Assembly (NCBI GenBank): GCA_965214705.1
Contig: CBDCCI010000002.1
Location: 704,001-768,000 of the forward strand
DNA: 64,000 nucleotides
Source of the DNA: Alphaproteobacteria bacterium
Lineage (GTDB): Bacteria; Pseudomonadota; Alphaproteobacteria; UBA828
Direction: 5' to 3'
The notes under the pieces are model-generated. The model made no database searches, had not been told where the DNA came from, and was given only the letters and a program-made list of their open reading frames with translations. The position numbers and the translations under genes are program-made. Shown here piece after piece: positions 50,612-60,403 of the stretch. Every line of letters starts with the position of its first letter. The stretch's first letter is position 1.

Positions 50612-51459
50612 AAGAAACACAGTTCGCCAGTGACTACGATAACCGTACCACCGAGGCAGTTAGATCCGCGTTGATCGAGATCGGACAAACCTTGGGCAGC
50701 TTTGAAGGCAGATTCGCGGTCATTGGCGGAGCAGTACCCTGGCTCTTGCTGGCCGAGGCCGAAATGCCTCATATCGGCACTCAAGACATCGATCTCAGCC
50801 TGGACGCGGAAGCCCTTGGTGACAGCGAGTACGTCAATCTCGTTGAAGCCCTCTTCGCTCAAGGTTACCAACAGCGCGCAGGCCTCCGCAGGTTTCAGCT
50901 CGTACGCACTGTGCCCAGCCGCGATGCTGGTCCAGACATCGATGTGATCGTCGATTTCCTTGTGCCTCGAGACGCCCAGATCGAGAAGAACGACCCTCCA
51001 ATTGTGACAGAGTTCGCAGTCCAGCGCGCTCACGGAGCCGAACTCGCTCTGCAATACTCTGAACTCATCCTTCTGGAGGGGGAAATGCCCGACGGCGGCA
51101 AGAACAGTGTGCGCATTGCTGTCGCCTCCATTCCAGCCCTATTGGCGATGAAGGGCTATGCGATCGATGGACGCAACAAGCTCAAAGATGCTTACGACAT
51201 CTACTATTGCGTTCGAAACTTTCCGGGTGGACTCGCCGCCCTCGTCGAAGCGACGACCCTGCTTCTCACGAACGAAACCGCTCGCCAAGGCTACGAATTG
51301 ATAGCCGCCAAATTCCGTGAGTTAGATGATTTCGGTCCTACGAGTGTCCGACATTTTGTTGAAGGCTCCGATGCTCTCGCCGATCGCACTGCCGATCAAT
51401 GGCAGCAGGACGCGTTCGGACAAGTTGACGTCTGGCTCAAGAGCCTCGGATTGCGTTGA
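50602..51459 (+). CDS. AbiEii-like nucleotidyltransferase toxin
   Basis: VIGG.VP, GTQDIDL, LAMKG.A...R.K.KDAYDIYY. Confidence 0.8.
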   Translation: MVVEETQFASDYDNRTTEAVRSALIEIGQTLGSFEGRFAVIGGAVPWLLLAEAEMPHIGTQDIDLSLDAEALGDSEYVNLVEALFAQGYQQRAGLRRFQLVRTVPSRDAGPDIDVIVDFLVPRDAQIEKNDPPIVTEFAVQRAHGAELALQYSELILLEGEMPDGGKNSVRIAVASIPALLAMKGYAIDGRNKLKDAYDIYYCVRNFPGGLAALVEATTLLLTNETARQGYELIAAKFRELDDFGPTSVRHFVEGSDALADRTADQWQQDAFGQVDVWLKSLGLR

Positions 51460-51589
51460 TCCCTAGATAATCCGCCAATTCCACGATCCACCGTTCTTGT
51501 TGCAATACAGCCATCCTGGGAAGGTCGCGCGCCACGCGACCTAGTCATTCTCTCGGTGGGACGCTAGGCCAGACGCGAGTGGGGACCGC

Positions 51590-51880
51590 CCGCTATGCGG
51601 CCAGCGCCTGCTGTTGGCCGGCCGTTCAATGCCAGGGTAGGAGCTCGTGCAGCCGAATCTGCAGCATCTCGGCGATGCGGGCCAGGACACCCGCGAGCCA
51701 GACTTGGGGATCGATGTCGTTGAGCCTCGCACTGCCGATCAGAGATTACAACACCGCCGCCCTGGTGGCCGCCGCGATCGGAGCCAGCGAACAACCAGGA
51801 TTTGCGTCCGAGACAGATGCCGCGCAGCGCTCTCTCCGCAGTATTGTTCGTGAGGCAAATGCGGCCGTCATGTTGTCTAC
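51590..51880 (-). pseudogene. IS66 transposase (TnpC) C-terminal remnant
   Basis: DGRICLTNNTAERALRGICLGRKSWLFAGSDRGG, followed by frameshifts. Confidence 0.85.
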
Positions 51881-52001
51881 GCCAGCGCAAACACGCGTCA
51901 AGCATTGTCACTCTAACGAACTTGCCCATCTCTTGCGCCCTGGCACGTGTATCGTGGTTCCGCCACATTCCAAGACTCTCATCGCCAACAGTCGCAACCG
52001 T

Positions 52002-52433
52002 TCAGTCAGCCCGTTCCACCGTGAACTTGTTCGACAGCTTAGCATTGCGGCCGCTGGTCGTAATCGTCGTCCTGTCGAAGGGAAAGTAATCCACATATTC
52101 AGTGTTGCACGGCGGGTCATGCCGATAAATCAATGCCGCCTCGACCCTTTTGCGATCCAAGGACCGGATCCCTGCCTGACTAACGCACAACTCTTCGCTT
52201 CGCCCAAGTTGTTTTACCCACACGTCTCGGCGCTTCTTTGGCTCTTCCGGTACACGCCTTCCGACGTCACCTGCCTCACCAATGTACAACAGCCTTCTTA
52301 TGGATACAGTATCCTTATCCGAATTATACCGACATGCGTAAACGCAATAAATTCCCGATATGGCCGGCAATCCCTCCCAGTCTTGCTCTAGCAGATAGCC
52401 TGCGAATTTCAGCGTGTAGCTTTTCTCAGCCAA
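52002..52433 (-). CDS. GIY-YIG nuclease family protein
   Basis: GIYCVY...LLYIGEA...R...VEAALI...PPCN. Confidence 0.8.
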   Translation of the reverse strand: MAEKSYTLKFAGYLLEQDWEGLPAISGIYCVYACRYNSDKDTVSIRRLLYIGEAGDVGRRVPEEPKKRRDVWVKQLGRSEELCVSQAGIRSLDRKRVEAALIYRHDPPCNTEYVDYFPFDRTTITTSGRNAKLSNKFTVERAD

Positions 52434-52745
52434 CTTTCTCTCCTCTTCCGCATCTAACTCTTACAGCGCTCTACCGGTGTTCCCTAGCACTCGCCGGAGC
52501 AACATCCCAGTGCGAGGTAATGGTTGCAGATCTCCTGCTGCTCCGCACAACGCTCGTCTCAGCCAGTCTCCGATCCTGCTGCGCAAACCATCACTTAGAC
52601 TTCTACCAAAGTCACCCTTCGGTTTGTATCCTTGCTGCCGCTCGCGTCAACTTTCTTGAGGATGCAGCCGACATCTCGAATTCCCAAGGCAGTCCAAGCG
52701 GCGAGCGCCTTTAACACACCGTGCGGGGTCACGCACGAATCTCAT

Positions 52746-53927
52746 TCATGCCTCCGGTGCGCTGGTCTGGTTCGCTTCCTTACCTTCATCGTTGATTGCC
52801 TGTTGCAGTGATGAAGCGATCCGCTCCGACGCCCGCTGCAGGGGATCGTCCGCGAGATGCGCGTACCGCGCTGTGGTCTGAGCCTGTGTGTGGCCGAGTA
52901 TCCGCCCCACCATCGGCAGGCTCTCGCCTCCCATCACCGCCTCGGAGGCGAACGTGTGCCTGAGGTCATGGATGCGCACGTCCTCGAGCCCGGCCGCCTT
53001 GCGGACTCGCCGCCACGGCTTCTGCAGATCAGTCAGATGCGCGCCCTCTGCGGTCCCGGTGATGACGTAGGGGTTACCCTCGACACGCTTCGTGCCGGCC
53101 AGAACCTCCAGCGCCGGCCCGTTGAGGGGGATCGTCTTGGCACCCGTCTTCGAATCCGGCAAGTGGATACGGTGCCCCCGGATGTGTTCCCACTTTAGCG
53201 TCTGGATCTCCGACAGGCGTGCGCCCGTGTACAGCAGCAGCCGAAACGCCGTCACCGCCGACGGCGCGAACGACTCTTCCTCATCCAGTGCCTTGCCCAG
53301 ACGCGCCAGCTCGTCCGCCGTCAGGAACCGCTCGCGTTTCTTCTCCTTGTACTTGCGGACGTGATAGCACGGATTCGAGCGATCCGGTCGCAGGCCCCAC
53401 GCCTCGGCCTGGTTCATCATCTTCGACACCACCCCCAACGTCCGGTTGGCCTGATAGGGCTTCTCCCGCATCTCGTGATGCAGCGCCGCCACGTCGTCAC
53501 GTCCCAGAGCCGTCACCTTGATCGAGCCCAGCGCCGGCAGGATGTAGCGCTCCACGGCATGCCGGTACTCCACCCCAGTTCGCGGCTTGCAGTGATCCGG
53601 CACGTATTCCTTGAGGAACCGGTCGGCGAGCTCGGCCACCGTGGGCGACAGGCGCTCGGCCTCCTTCTCCTTGTTCGGGTTCCTGCCCTCGTCGATGTCG
53701 GCGATGATCTTGCGTGCGCGCGCCTTGGCCTCCTCGAACGGCACGAGGCCATGGCGCCCGATCTGCACGCGGATGGTCTTCCCCCGCCGGAAGGTCTGGG
53801 CGACGTAGCGCCTGCCGCCATTGGGATACACCCTGGCGCCGAAGCCCTTCAGCTGGTCGTCCCAGACGAAATACTCCTTCTCGCGGACGGGGAGGGCGTC
53901 GATGTGTCGCTTTGTCAGCCTGGGCAT
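52746..53927 (-). CDS. Tyrosine integrase, paralogous to 8054-9232
   Basis: TGARLSEI, HDLRHTFAS, LGHTQAQTTARYAH. Confidence 0.95.
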   Translation of the reverse strand: MPRLTKRHIDALPVREKEYFVWDDQLKGFGARVYPNGGRRYVAQTFRRGKTIRVQIGRHGLVPFEEAKARARKIIADIDEGRNPNKEKEAERLSPTVAELADRFLKEYVPDHCKPRTGVEYRHAVERYILPALGSIKVTALGRDDVAALHHEMREKPYQANRTLGVVSKMMNQAEAWGLRPDRSNPCYHVRKYKEKKRERFLTADELARLGKALDEEESFAPSAVTAFRLLLYTGARLSEIQTLKWEHIRGHRIHLPDSKTGAKTIPLNGPALEVLAGTKRVEGNPYVITGTAEGAHLTDLQKPWRRVRKAAGLEDVRIHDLRHTFASEAVMGGESLPMVGRILGHTQAQTTARYAHLADDPLQRASERIASSLQQAINDEGKEANQTSAPEA

Positions 53928-54045
53928 GAATCGATCTCGGAATGCATTCGGAACTTTACTTTCGGCGCTTCCTGTCTACTCTAGTCCGCTCGCGGCCGCA
54001 AGCAGGAGGATGTAAGCCGTTGGCATATAGGAAGAAAGTAACCTC

Positions 54046-54075
54046 CAGTCCGTTCTAGTCCGTTCCTGTCCAATG
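54046..54075 (+). repeat. Tandem 10-bp putative arm-site repeats
   Basis: CAGTCCGTTC-TAGTCCGTTC-CTGTCC. Confidence 0.6.
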
Positions 54076-54087
54076 CCGATTATCTAC

Positions 54088-54132
54088 CTCATAACCTGAA
54101 GGTCGTAGATTCAAATCCTACCCCCGCAACCA
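54088..54132 (+). repeat. att site: 3' half of tRNA-Met(CAT)
   Basis: 45-bp copy of 9403-9447 with one G>A change. Confidence 0.9.
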
Positions 54133-55771
54133 CCGAGACCGACATTCCCGAAATGGGCGTGTCGGTCTTTTCTTTTTCGGCTCCGCTTCCCGTCCACTCC
54201 AGTATCCTGCCGAGCTCGCCGCGCAGCGTGACCTGGAGTTCGCCGCGCTTTTCGCCTGGCGTCAGCACGATCCCGTCGATCAATCCGCGGATCGCAGCCG
54301 CGGCTGCATCACGTTCTTCCGGCTTGCCGAGGGCGTTCGCGAGACGCGCCACCTTGCGGCGATAGACGCCGGCGACGTTGGGGTGGATGTCCGGGATCTC
54401 GGCAGGAACCGTTGCGAGCCGTTTCGTCAACTCCACCTTTCGCGCTTCAAGCTTGTGCAGCCGTTCCTTGAGCACGGCGCTGTAGGCGCCGTCCTGGATG
54501 GCGTCGACGATCCCCTCGATGTTCTTCTCGACGTCGGCCAGCTCCCTGCGTTCCGCCTCGCTTGACGCAGAGCGTTCGCGGTTGAGCCGGTTGGTCTCCT
54601 CCGCCCAGGCGCGCACCGCTGCGTCAGCTGCCTCGGGCGCCATGAGGTGATCCTTGAGACCGACCAGGACGCGCTCCTCGAGTTCGGTGCGGCGAATGCC
54701 CTGGCTGTTCGAGCAACTCCCGTTCATGACGTGGTTGGAGCAGCCGTAGCGGTCCTGCCCGCGCATGGCATAGGGACCGCCGAAGGCGCCGCATTCCAGG
54801 AGGCCGGAGAGGAGATGCCGGGGACGATGGGTGCCGTTCAGGCGATTGGCACGCGCCGTGCGCGTGGCCTCGATGACGGTGGCGTATTTCGCGGTGAGTT
54901 CTTCCTGGCGCTGCTTCACCGCCTGCCATAGCTCGTCGTCGACGATGCGGAGCTCGGGGACCTCCGCGACGATCCATTCCTCGCGCGGGTTGATCCGCGA
55001 CACCCGCTTGCCGGTCTCCGGGTTCTTGACGTAGCGCAGCCGGTTCCAGACCAGGCGTCCGATATAGAGCTCGTTGTTGATCAGCCCGGTGCCGCGCTTC
55101 ACCTGGCCCCGGATGGTGGAGTCGGTCCAGAGCTTGCCCGAAGGACAGGGGATCTTCTCGGCATTCAGGCGCCTGGCGATCGTCCGCGGACTGACGCCCG
55201 AGGTGAAGTCCCGGAATACGCGCCGCACCACATTGGCCTCGACCTCGTTGATCGTGCGCTCGCCCCGCACCGGCTCGCCGGCGGCGGCATCGAAGGTCGT
55301 GACGACGTCGTAGCCGTAGCAGAGCCCGCCGCCCGAGCGGCCCTTCTCCACCCGGCCGCGCAGCCCGCGATGCGTCTTGGCCGCGAGGTCCTTCAGGAAG
55401 AGCGCGTTCATCGTGCCCTTGAGCCCCACGTGCAGTTCGTTGATCTCACCCTCGGCGAGCGTGACGATCATCACCCGGGCGAACTGAAGGTGCTTGAACA
55501 GTGCCGAGACGTCGGCCTGGTCCCGGCTCATCCTGTCGAGCGCCTCCGCCACCACGACATCGAAGGCGCCGGAGCGGGCATCCGCCAGCAGCGCCTGGAT
55601 GCCCGGGCGCAGGATCATGCTGTCGCCCGAGATCGCCGCGTCGCGGTAGGTGTCCACGATTGTCCAGCCCGCGCGCTCGGCGTGGTCCCGGCAGATCCGG
55701 AACTGGTCCTCGATCGAGGCCGCGCTCTGAAGGTCCGAGGAGTAGCGGGCGTAGAGGGCGGCGCGGATCAT
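54089..55771 (-). CDS. Large serine recombinase
   Basis: YARYSS, DRMSR, recombinase domain, Zn-ribbon (one Cys appears altered: CGAF). C-terminus is encoded by the antisense of the tRNA fragment. Confidence 0.93.
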   Translation of the reverse strand: MIRAALYARYSSDLQSAASIEDQFRICRDHAERAGWTIVDTYRDAAISGDSMILRPGIQALLADARSGAFDVVVAEALDRMSRDQADVSALFKHLQFARVMIVTLAEGEINELHVGLKGTMNALFLKDLAAKTHRGLRGRVEKGRSGGGLCYGYDVVTTFDAAAGEPVRGERTINEVEANVVRRVFRDFTSGVSPRTIARRLNAEKIPCPSGKLWTDSTIRGQVKRGTGLINNELYIGRLVWNRLRYVKNPETGKRVSRINPREEWIVAEVPELRIVDDELWQAVKQRQEELTAKYATVIEATRTARANRLNGTHRPRHLLSGLLECGAFGGPYAMRGQDRYGCSNHVMNGSCSNSQGIRRTELEERVLVGLKDHLMAPEAADAAVRAWAEETNRLNRERSASSEAERRELADVEKNIEGIVDAIQDGAYSAVLKERLHKLEARKVELTKRLATVPAEIPDIHPNVAGVYRRKVARLANALGKPEERDAAAAAIRGLIDGIVLTPGEKRGELQVTLRGELGRILEWTGSGAEKEKTDTPISGMSVSVVAGVGFESTTFRL

Positions 55772-55772
55772 G

Positions 55773-55973
55773 TCATCGCTCCTTCCGGTCTCCGGTCTCC
55801 TTGACCGGCGTATTGTCGTTGGCCGAAACCTGCCGCTCGAACTGCTCGCGGGCGATCTGGCGTCCGAGCAGGCGGGCGATGGTCAGCACGGCGGACCGGA
55901 CCCGGGCCTCGGCCGCGCCGTTGTCGTTGGCGCCAACGCGGTCCCTGGACCGACCGCTTCCGTTTCTTCCCAT
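55773..55973 (-). CDS. Small hypothetical protein upstream of the recombinase
   Basis: ANDN...IARLLGRQIAREQF...ANDN. Confidence 0.55.
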   Translation of the reverse strand: MGRNGSGRSRDRVGANDNGAAEARVRSAVLTIARLLGRQIAREQFERQVSANDNTPVKETGDRKER

Positions 55974-56190
55974 AACGCCCCGCCTCCCCGCAACATCGGC
56001 CCATATGAAGGGCGATCTTTGGGACGAGGCGAGTATTGTCAAGGGATTTAGTCAGTGGTATCAATGGGTTAGATCATACCCTTGGCCGTGGGTGGCCGCG
56101 CCGGGACCCCCTGCGGCCCTGCCTGGCCCGGTGAAAAATTCCTGGCGGGGACGGCGCAGGCGACGGTTCGGGCGGTGTTCGCAGCCGGTC

Positions 56191-56457
56191 TCACGATCCG
56201 CCCCGCCGATAGGCGTCCCGGCGGTGCGCGACGCGGACGACCAGGACGACGAGTTCCTCGTCCCGGATTTCGTACACGACGCGGTAGTCTCCCGTCCGGA
56301 GACGCCGCAGTCCCCGAAGGTCGCCCTTCAGCGGCGCTCCGAGATGGGGGGTCTCGGCCAGCCGGTCGATGGCTGCGACGATGCGCGTCCGGTCCGCCCC
56401 GGCGATCCGCCGGAGCTCCCTGGCCGCGCTCCCCTTAATCCGTATCGAGTAGTTCAC
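56191..56457 (-). CDS. relE: RelE/ParE-family toxin
   Basis: LKGDLRGLRRLRTGDYRVVYEI.....VLVVRVAHRRDAYR. Confidence 0.9.
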   Translation of the reverse strand: MNYSIRIKGSAARELRRIAGADRTRIVAAIDRLAETPHLGAPLKGDLRGLRRLRTGDYRVVYEIRDEELVVLVVRVAHRRDAYRRGGS

Positions 56458-56659
56458 GCCGGACCTGGTCCCAGTCCAGCACCGGATCGCTCGGATCGCG
56501 GAGCCGGTCGATGGCGGCGGAGAGATCGTCGAAGTCTTCGAGGTAGTGCTCGACGGCGAGGCGGATCACGTCCGCCCGGCTGCGCCGGAGCTGCTGCGCG
56601 GCCGCATCCAGCGCATCGACCACTGGGTCCGGCAATCGCGCTGTCACCTGTTGGGGCAT
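56435..56659 (-). CDS. RHH antitoxin (RelB-like)
   Basis: VTARLPD...RSRADVIR.AVEHYLEDFDDL. Confidence 0.85.
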   Translation of the reverse strand: MPQQVTARLPDPVVDALDAAAQQLRRSRADVIRLAVEHYLEDFDDLSAAIDRLRDPSDPVLDWDQVRRELLDTD

Positions 56660-57105
56660 GGCAGTACCGTATGAGTAGAAGTGAGTGACATTAATCTACT
56701 GCACTCCAACCACTCGGTCAATTGAGATTGAAAGCGAAACGAGCAGGTGGAGAGAACCTTGCCGATCATGCTTCCGCAGGCGTCGGTGATGACGACGGTA
56801 AAGTGCGTGCATCCGGTGCGTGACTCTGAGCGCATGGTGGCGAGTATCCACCACTAACATAGACGCCGTCGATTCCGTCCATTGCCTGCCACGCTGGTTT
56901 ACGCGGTGTCGCCGTAAACTTCCCATAGGTCAGTGGCGAGACTCGCGCTCGGCGGTCCCGCGCGGAGCCGCAACCACGGCGACGAGCGACGGCGCGGTGC
57001 TCGGCGTTGCGTCGGGGCTCGTCACGGCTCGTCACGGCTGGAGCTTTCTCGATATGGCTGTAGCCCGCTCGAATGAAGCCCGCTATCATATGACCAGTTT
57101 CATGA

Positions 57106-57360
<255 letters not shown>

Positions 57361-57378
57361 GATCGGCAGTCGGTTCCA

Positions 57379-57828
57379 ATGCGCTATTTCGACACCAGTT
57401 TCCTCGTTCCCCTCGTCCTGCCCGAGGCGACCAGTGAACCGATCACGGGTTTCTTCGAGGGCCTGCCGGCGGACGCTCTGGCGGTCAGCCATTGGACCCG
57501 GGTCGAGTTCGCCTCGCTGCTTGCCCGCGAGGTTCGCACGGGCGGTCTGGAAGCGGCGGTGGCACGCGAGGCGGGTTCACAGTTCGAAACAATCATCGAG
57601 GAGTCTTTTGTCGTCTTGTTGCCAAACCGCGACGACTTCGATCGGGCCAGGGAATGGCTGAGCCGTTTCGAGACCGGACTGAGGGCCGGGGACGCGTTGC
57701 ACCTCGCCATCGCGAGCAACCGCGGAGCGGAGGCGATCTACAGCCTGGACAAGGTGATGATCGCGGCCGGGAAGACGCTGCGTGTGCCGACCAGCGCAGG
57801 GGTCCGTCTCCCGGGTTATGACGATTGA
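57379..57828 (+). CDS. vapC: VapC (PIN) toxin
   Basis: YFDTS, VEFAS, LRAGDALHLAIA, SLD. Confidence 0.9.
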   Translation: MRYFDTSFLVPLVLPEATSEPITGFFEGLPADALAVSHWTRVEFASLLAREVRTGGLEAAVAREAGSQFETIIEESFVVLLPNRDDFDRAREWLSRFETGLRAGDALHLAIASNRGAEAIYSLDKVMIAAGKTLRVPTSAGVRLPGYDD

Positions 57829-57889
57829 TGGCATCCTTGTCGTGTTCGAATTGATGCGGCCCGCGCTCGACAGAGAGTAAGGTGCGCCC

Positions 57890-58159
57890 GTGGAAAGGCG
57901 CAAAGTCCGGTTCGACACCCACGCCTCCTTCAAGAAGCTCGTCGCCGCGGGCATACCGAGGCAGCAAGCCGACGCCTATGTGTGTCTGCTCATCCGGCTG
58001 ATCGGGCAGAAAATCGCGAGCGACAGGCATCTCGACGAACCGTTGCAAACGGCGCAACGCGAATTTCGGTTCGACACCGCCGCCGCCGAGGAGCTCGTCG
58101 CCGCAGGCTTTCCCGAACCGCAAGGCGACGCACTGGTGTGTCGCTCGTCCAGTTCATGA
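57890..58159 (+). pseudogene. DUF1640/CCDC90-like fragment with an internal repeat
   Basis: RFDT.....LVAAG....Q.DA occurs twice. Confidence 0.45.
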
Positions 58160-58199
58160 AGTGCAGGCTCGCAATTACCGCCGTCATTTGACATCTCGA

Positions 58200-58405
58200 C
58201 AAGCCGGCAAGACGTCTCCGGACCGTCTGGCTGTCGCAGCCCGCGAGGGACATCCTCGATGCCATGGAGCGAAGGGGCCGTTGAGTTTTCCGTCGTCTCC
58301 CGGCACCGGCCCCGTCGGCAAGGCTTGGCTGCACGGCTTCTGGTGGCGGGTCCGCGAGGAAGCGGATTTGTCCGACGTGCGCCTTCACGAGTGCCACCAT
58401 ACTTG
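58200..58405 (+). pseudogene. Tyrosine integrase remnant
   Basis: FWWRVREEADLSDVRLHECHHT, a degenerate HDLRH motif. Confidence 0.6.
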
Positions 58406-58457
58406 TGTTGTTGGCGCGGATCGTTCCGCGAGCAGCCCTATCGCCGTGACCCGATCT

Positions 58458-58709
58458 TCAGTGCGAACCGCCTTTGGGTGTTTGAATGAGCTCGATGTCC
58501 GAGCCGTCCAGCACCCGCCTGGCCGTCTCCTGCAGGACCATCGCCATGTTGATCGCCCGCTCGGGCGTCACGTAAAACGTCAGCTTCTCCGGTTGCTCCT
58601 CCCCCTCCCTTTGCGCCTCCAGAAAGATGGCCAGGTGTCCGCTGGGCGCGACACCCACGTTGAACATCGTAAGCGGCGGAACTTCAATGATGTGCTCGTC
58701 CTCGGGCAT
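58458..58709 (-). CDS. Hypothetical protein
   Basis: GGAGG RBS; 83 aa. Confidence 0.5.
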   Translation of the reverse strand: MPEDEHIIEVPPLTMFNVGVAPSGHLAIFLEAQREGEEQPEKLTFYVTPERAINMAMVLQETARRVLDGSDIELIQTPKGGSH

Positions 58710-59194
58710 CACCGCCTCCCTGTTCCATCTGGCCGAACTGTCCCGCATGGTAACGTGCAGGTTGGGGAGTCCCGTCTCATCCGACCCGTTCTCCGCGCTC
58801 CTCGGTCCGCTAACGACCAGTGTGCATAACCGAGGTCCGTCGCAGCTGCCTTTGTGTCGTCGATCATGGGGCGTTCCAACCGTAAGGGTCACAAGAGCGG
58901 AGCATGCACAGCATTTTCCGAATTGTCCTGCGGGTTCTCGCCGAGGCGCAGTCCAAGGCAATACTGTTGCGAGGTGCCGAACGGCCGAGTGCCAGGCCTG
59001 CTGTCACACCGCGCCCGCCCGCTAATCGAGATCGTCACCGGCCGGGAGCACGGCCCCTATGACAGCGAGGCCGATGTTGCGCTCTGCCTTGGCGACGGCA
59101 AGATCGGCGAAGACGTTGCTGCTGCCGCGTTGCACGGGCGTGTCGGGGGTTTCCATGGTTTCAAGCCCCACGAAGCGCGAGACGATACACGCCG

Positions 59195-59902
59195 TCAGTC
59201 GCTCTCGCGCGTAGTCTGCCGTTTTCCCAACGCCCAGCTCATGAGATCGGTGCGGGTATAGACGATCCTGCCATGAAACCTGTGATAGGCCGGGTCCACG
59301 CCCCTCGAACGATACCGGACCAGCGTACGTCGCGCGAGGCCGAGCAGCGCCGCGGCTTCGCTGGTGTCGAGGAATTCCCGGCGGTGGTGCGCCGGAGGGT
59401 CTTCAGCGTCTGTGTCGGACACTCGGAAGGCACTGCCCTTTTTCCTCTCGGCGTGCGACATCGGGTTCGCGACGGCGCCGCATGTCGACTCGCCGCCGTC
59501 TTCGAGCATCCCGGCGATGACCGCGCGCTGCGAAGGGTCGGCGGCGCGGTCCATGTACTCACGCGCTTGTTGAACGGCAGCAAGCCGAACCGATCGCTGG
59601 GTCCCGAGCCTGCTTACGAACCGGGCAGAGCCGACGGCGTCGATTCCGAACCTCTCCGGCCTCGTTCCAGTGACCTCGAGAAAGGTTTCGACATCGCGCT
59701 TGAAGGTGGGGCCGATCGGCACTTCGCCCATGAAGCGAAGCACGCGGTCCGCGGTATTGAGCGTCATCGTCCGTTGCACGCCGAGCCGTCGCACGAAATC
59801 GGGTCGACCGAGCGCGCGCCTGCCGAACTCTTCGTCCGCGATCCCGGTGCGCGCCAGATAGTCCGAGACCTTGGTGCGGATGTCCGCCATCAGGTCCGTC
59901 AT
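59195..59902 (-). CDS. DNA-binding protein with two N-terminal HTH-like repeats and a C-terminal excisionase-like HTH
   Basis: FG..A.G...FV.RL occurs twice; LDTSEAAALLGLARRTL..YR..G..P. Confidence 0.75.
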   Translation of the reverse strand: MTDLMADIRTKVSDYLARTGIADEEFGRRALGRPDFVRRLGVQRTMTLNTADRVLRFMGEVPIGPTFKRDVETFLEVTGTRPERFGIDAVGSARFVSRLGTQRSVRLAAVQQAREYMDRAADPSQRAVIAGMLEDGGESTCGAVANPMSHAERKKGSAFRVSDTDAEDPPAHHRREFLDTSEAAALLGLARRTLVRYRSRGVDPAYHRFHGRIVYTRTDLMSWALGKRQTTRESD

Positions 59903-60403
59903 GGGGCTTGCTCTAATCCGGACTCGAACCCGAGCGCTGCCGCGAGCGGTGAAGCGCCGACCGGTCAGCGCAGTTCAAGATGGTTGCCCTTGCGTCTTGC
60001 CCATTCCCAGGCCAGGAGATCGGCCCGGAAATACCGCACATGCGTTCCCAGCTTGCAATAAGTGGGGCCGCCCCCGACGGCCCGGAAGCGGGACAGCGTG
60101 AGCGGCTTCAGGTTGACAATGGCCGCGGCCTCCGCCGGGGTGAGCAGGATCTTCTCTTCGATCGCGCGAATGGATTCTCCCGCAAGGGCTCCGCCGCCGC
60201 CATCGGCGCGCGGCTTCCCCTCGACCAGCGCGTTCAAGGCGCCCGGGTCCGGATTGAGGAGGGGATCGGGCGCGTCGGGGTCGGCGATCGCCTGAGCGAT
60301 CGCCACACGTTCTCCGTGGCTCGCGGTTTCGCGCATCCAGGTCCGCACCTTCTGGACGGTGTCCAATCGAGGCGTCGAGCCCCCGTTCAGCCTGTGCACG
60401 AAA

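Larger units (their letters stand above)
9448..54132. mobile_element. ~44.7-kb genomic island bounded by tRNA-Met att repeats
   Basis: 45-bp direct repeats (1 mismatch) at 9403 and 54088; integrase 52746-53927 next to the right repeat. Confidence 0.75.
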
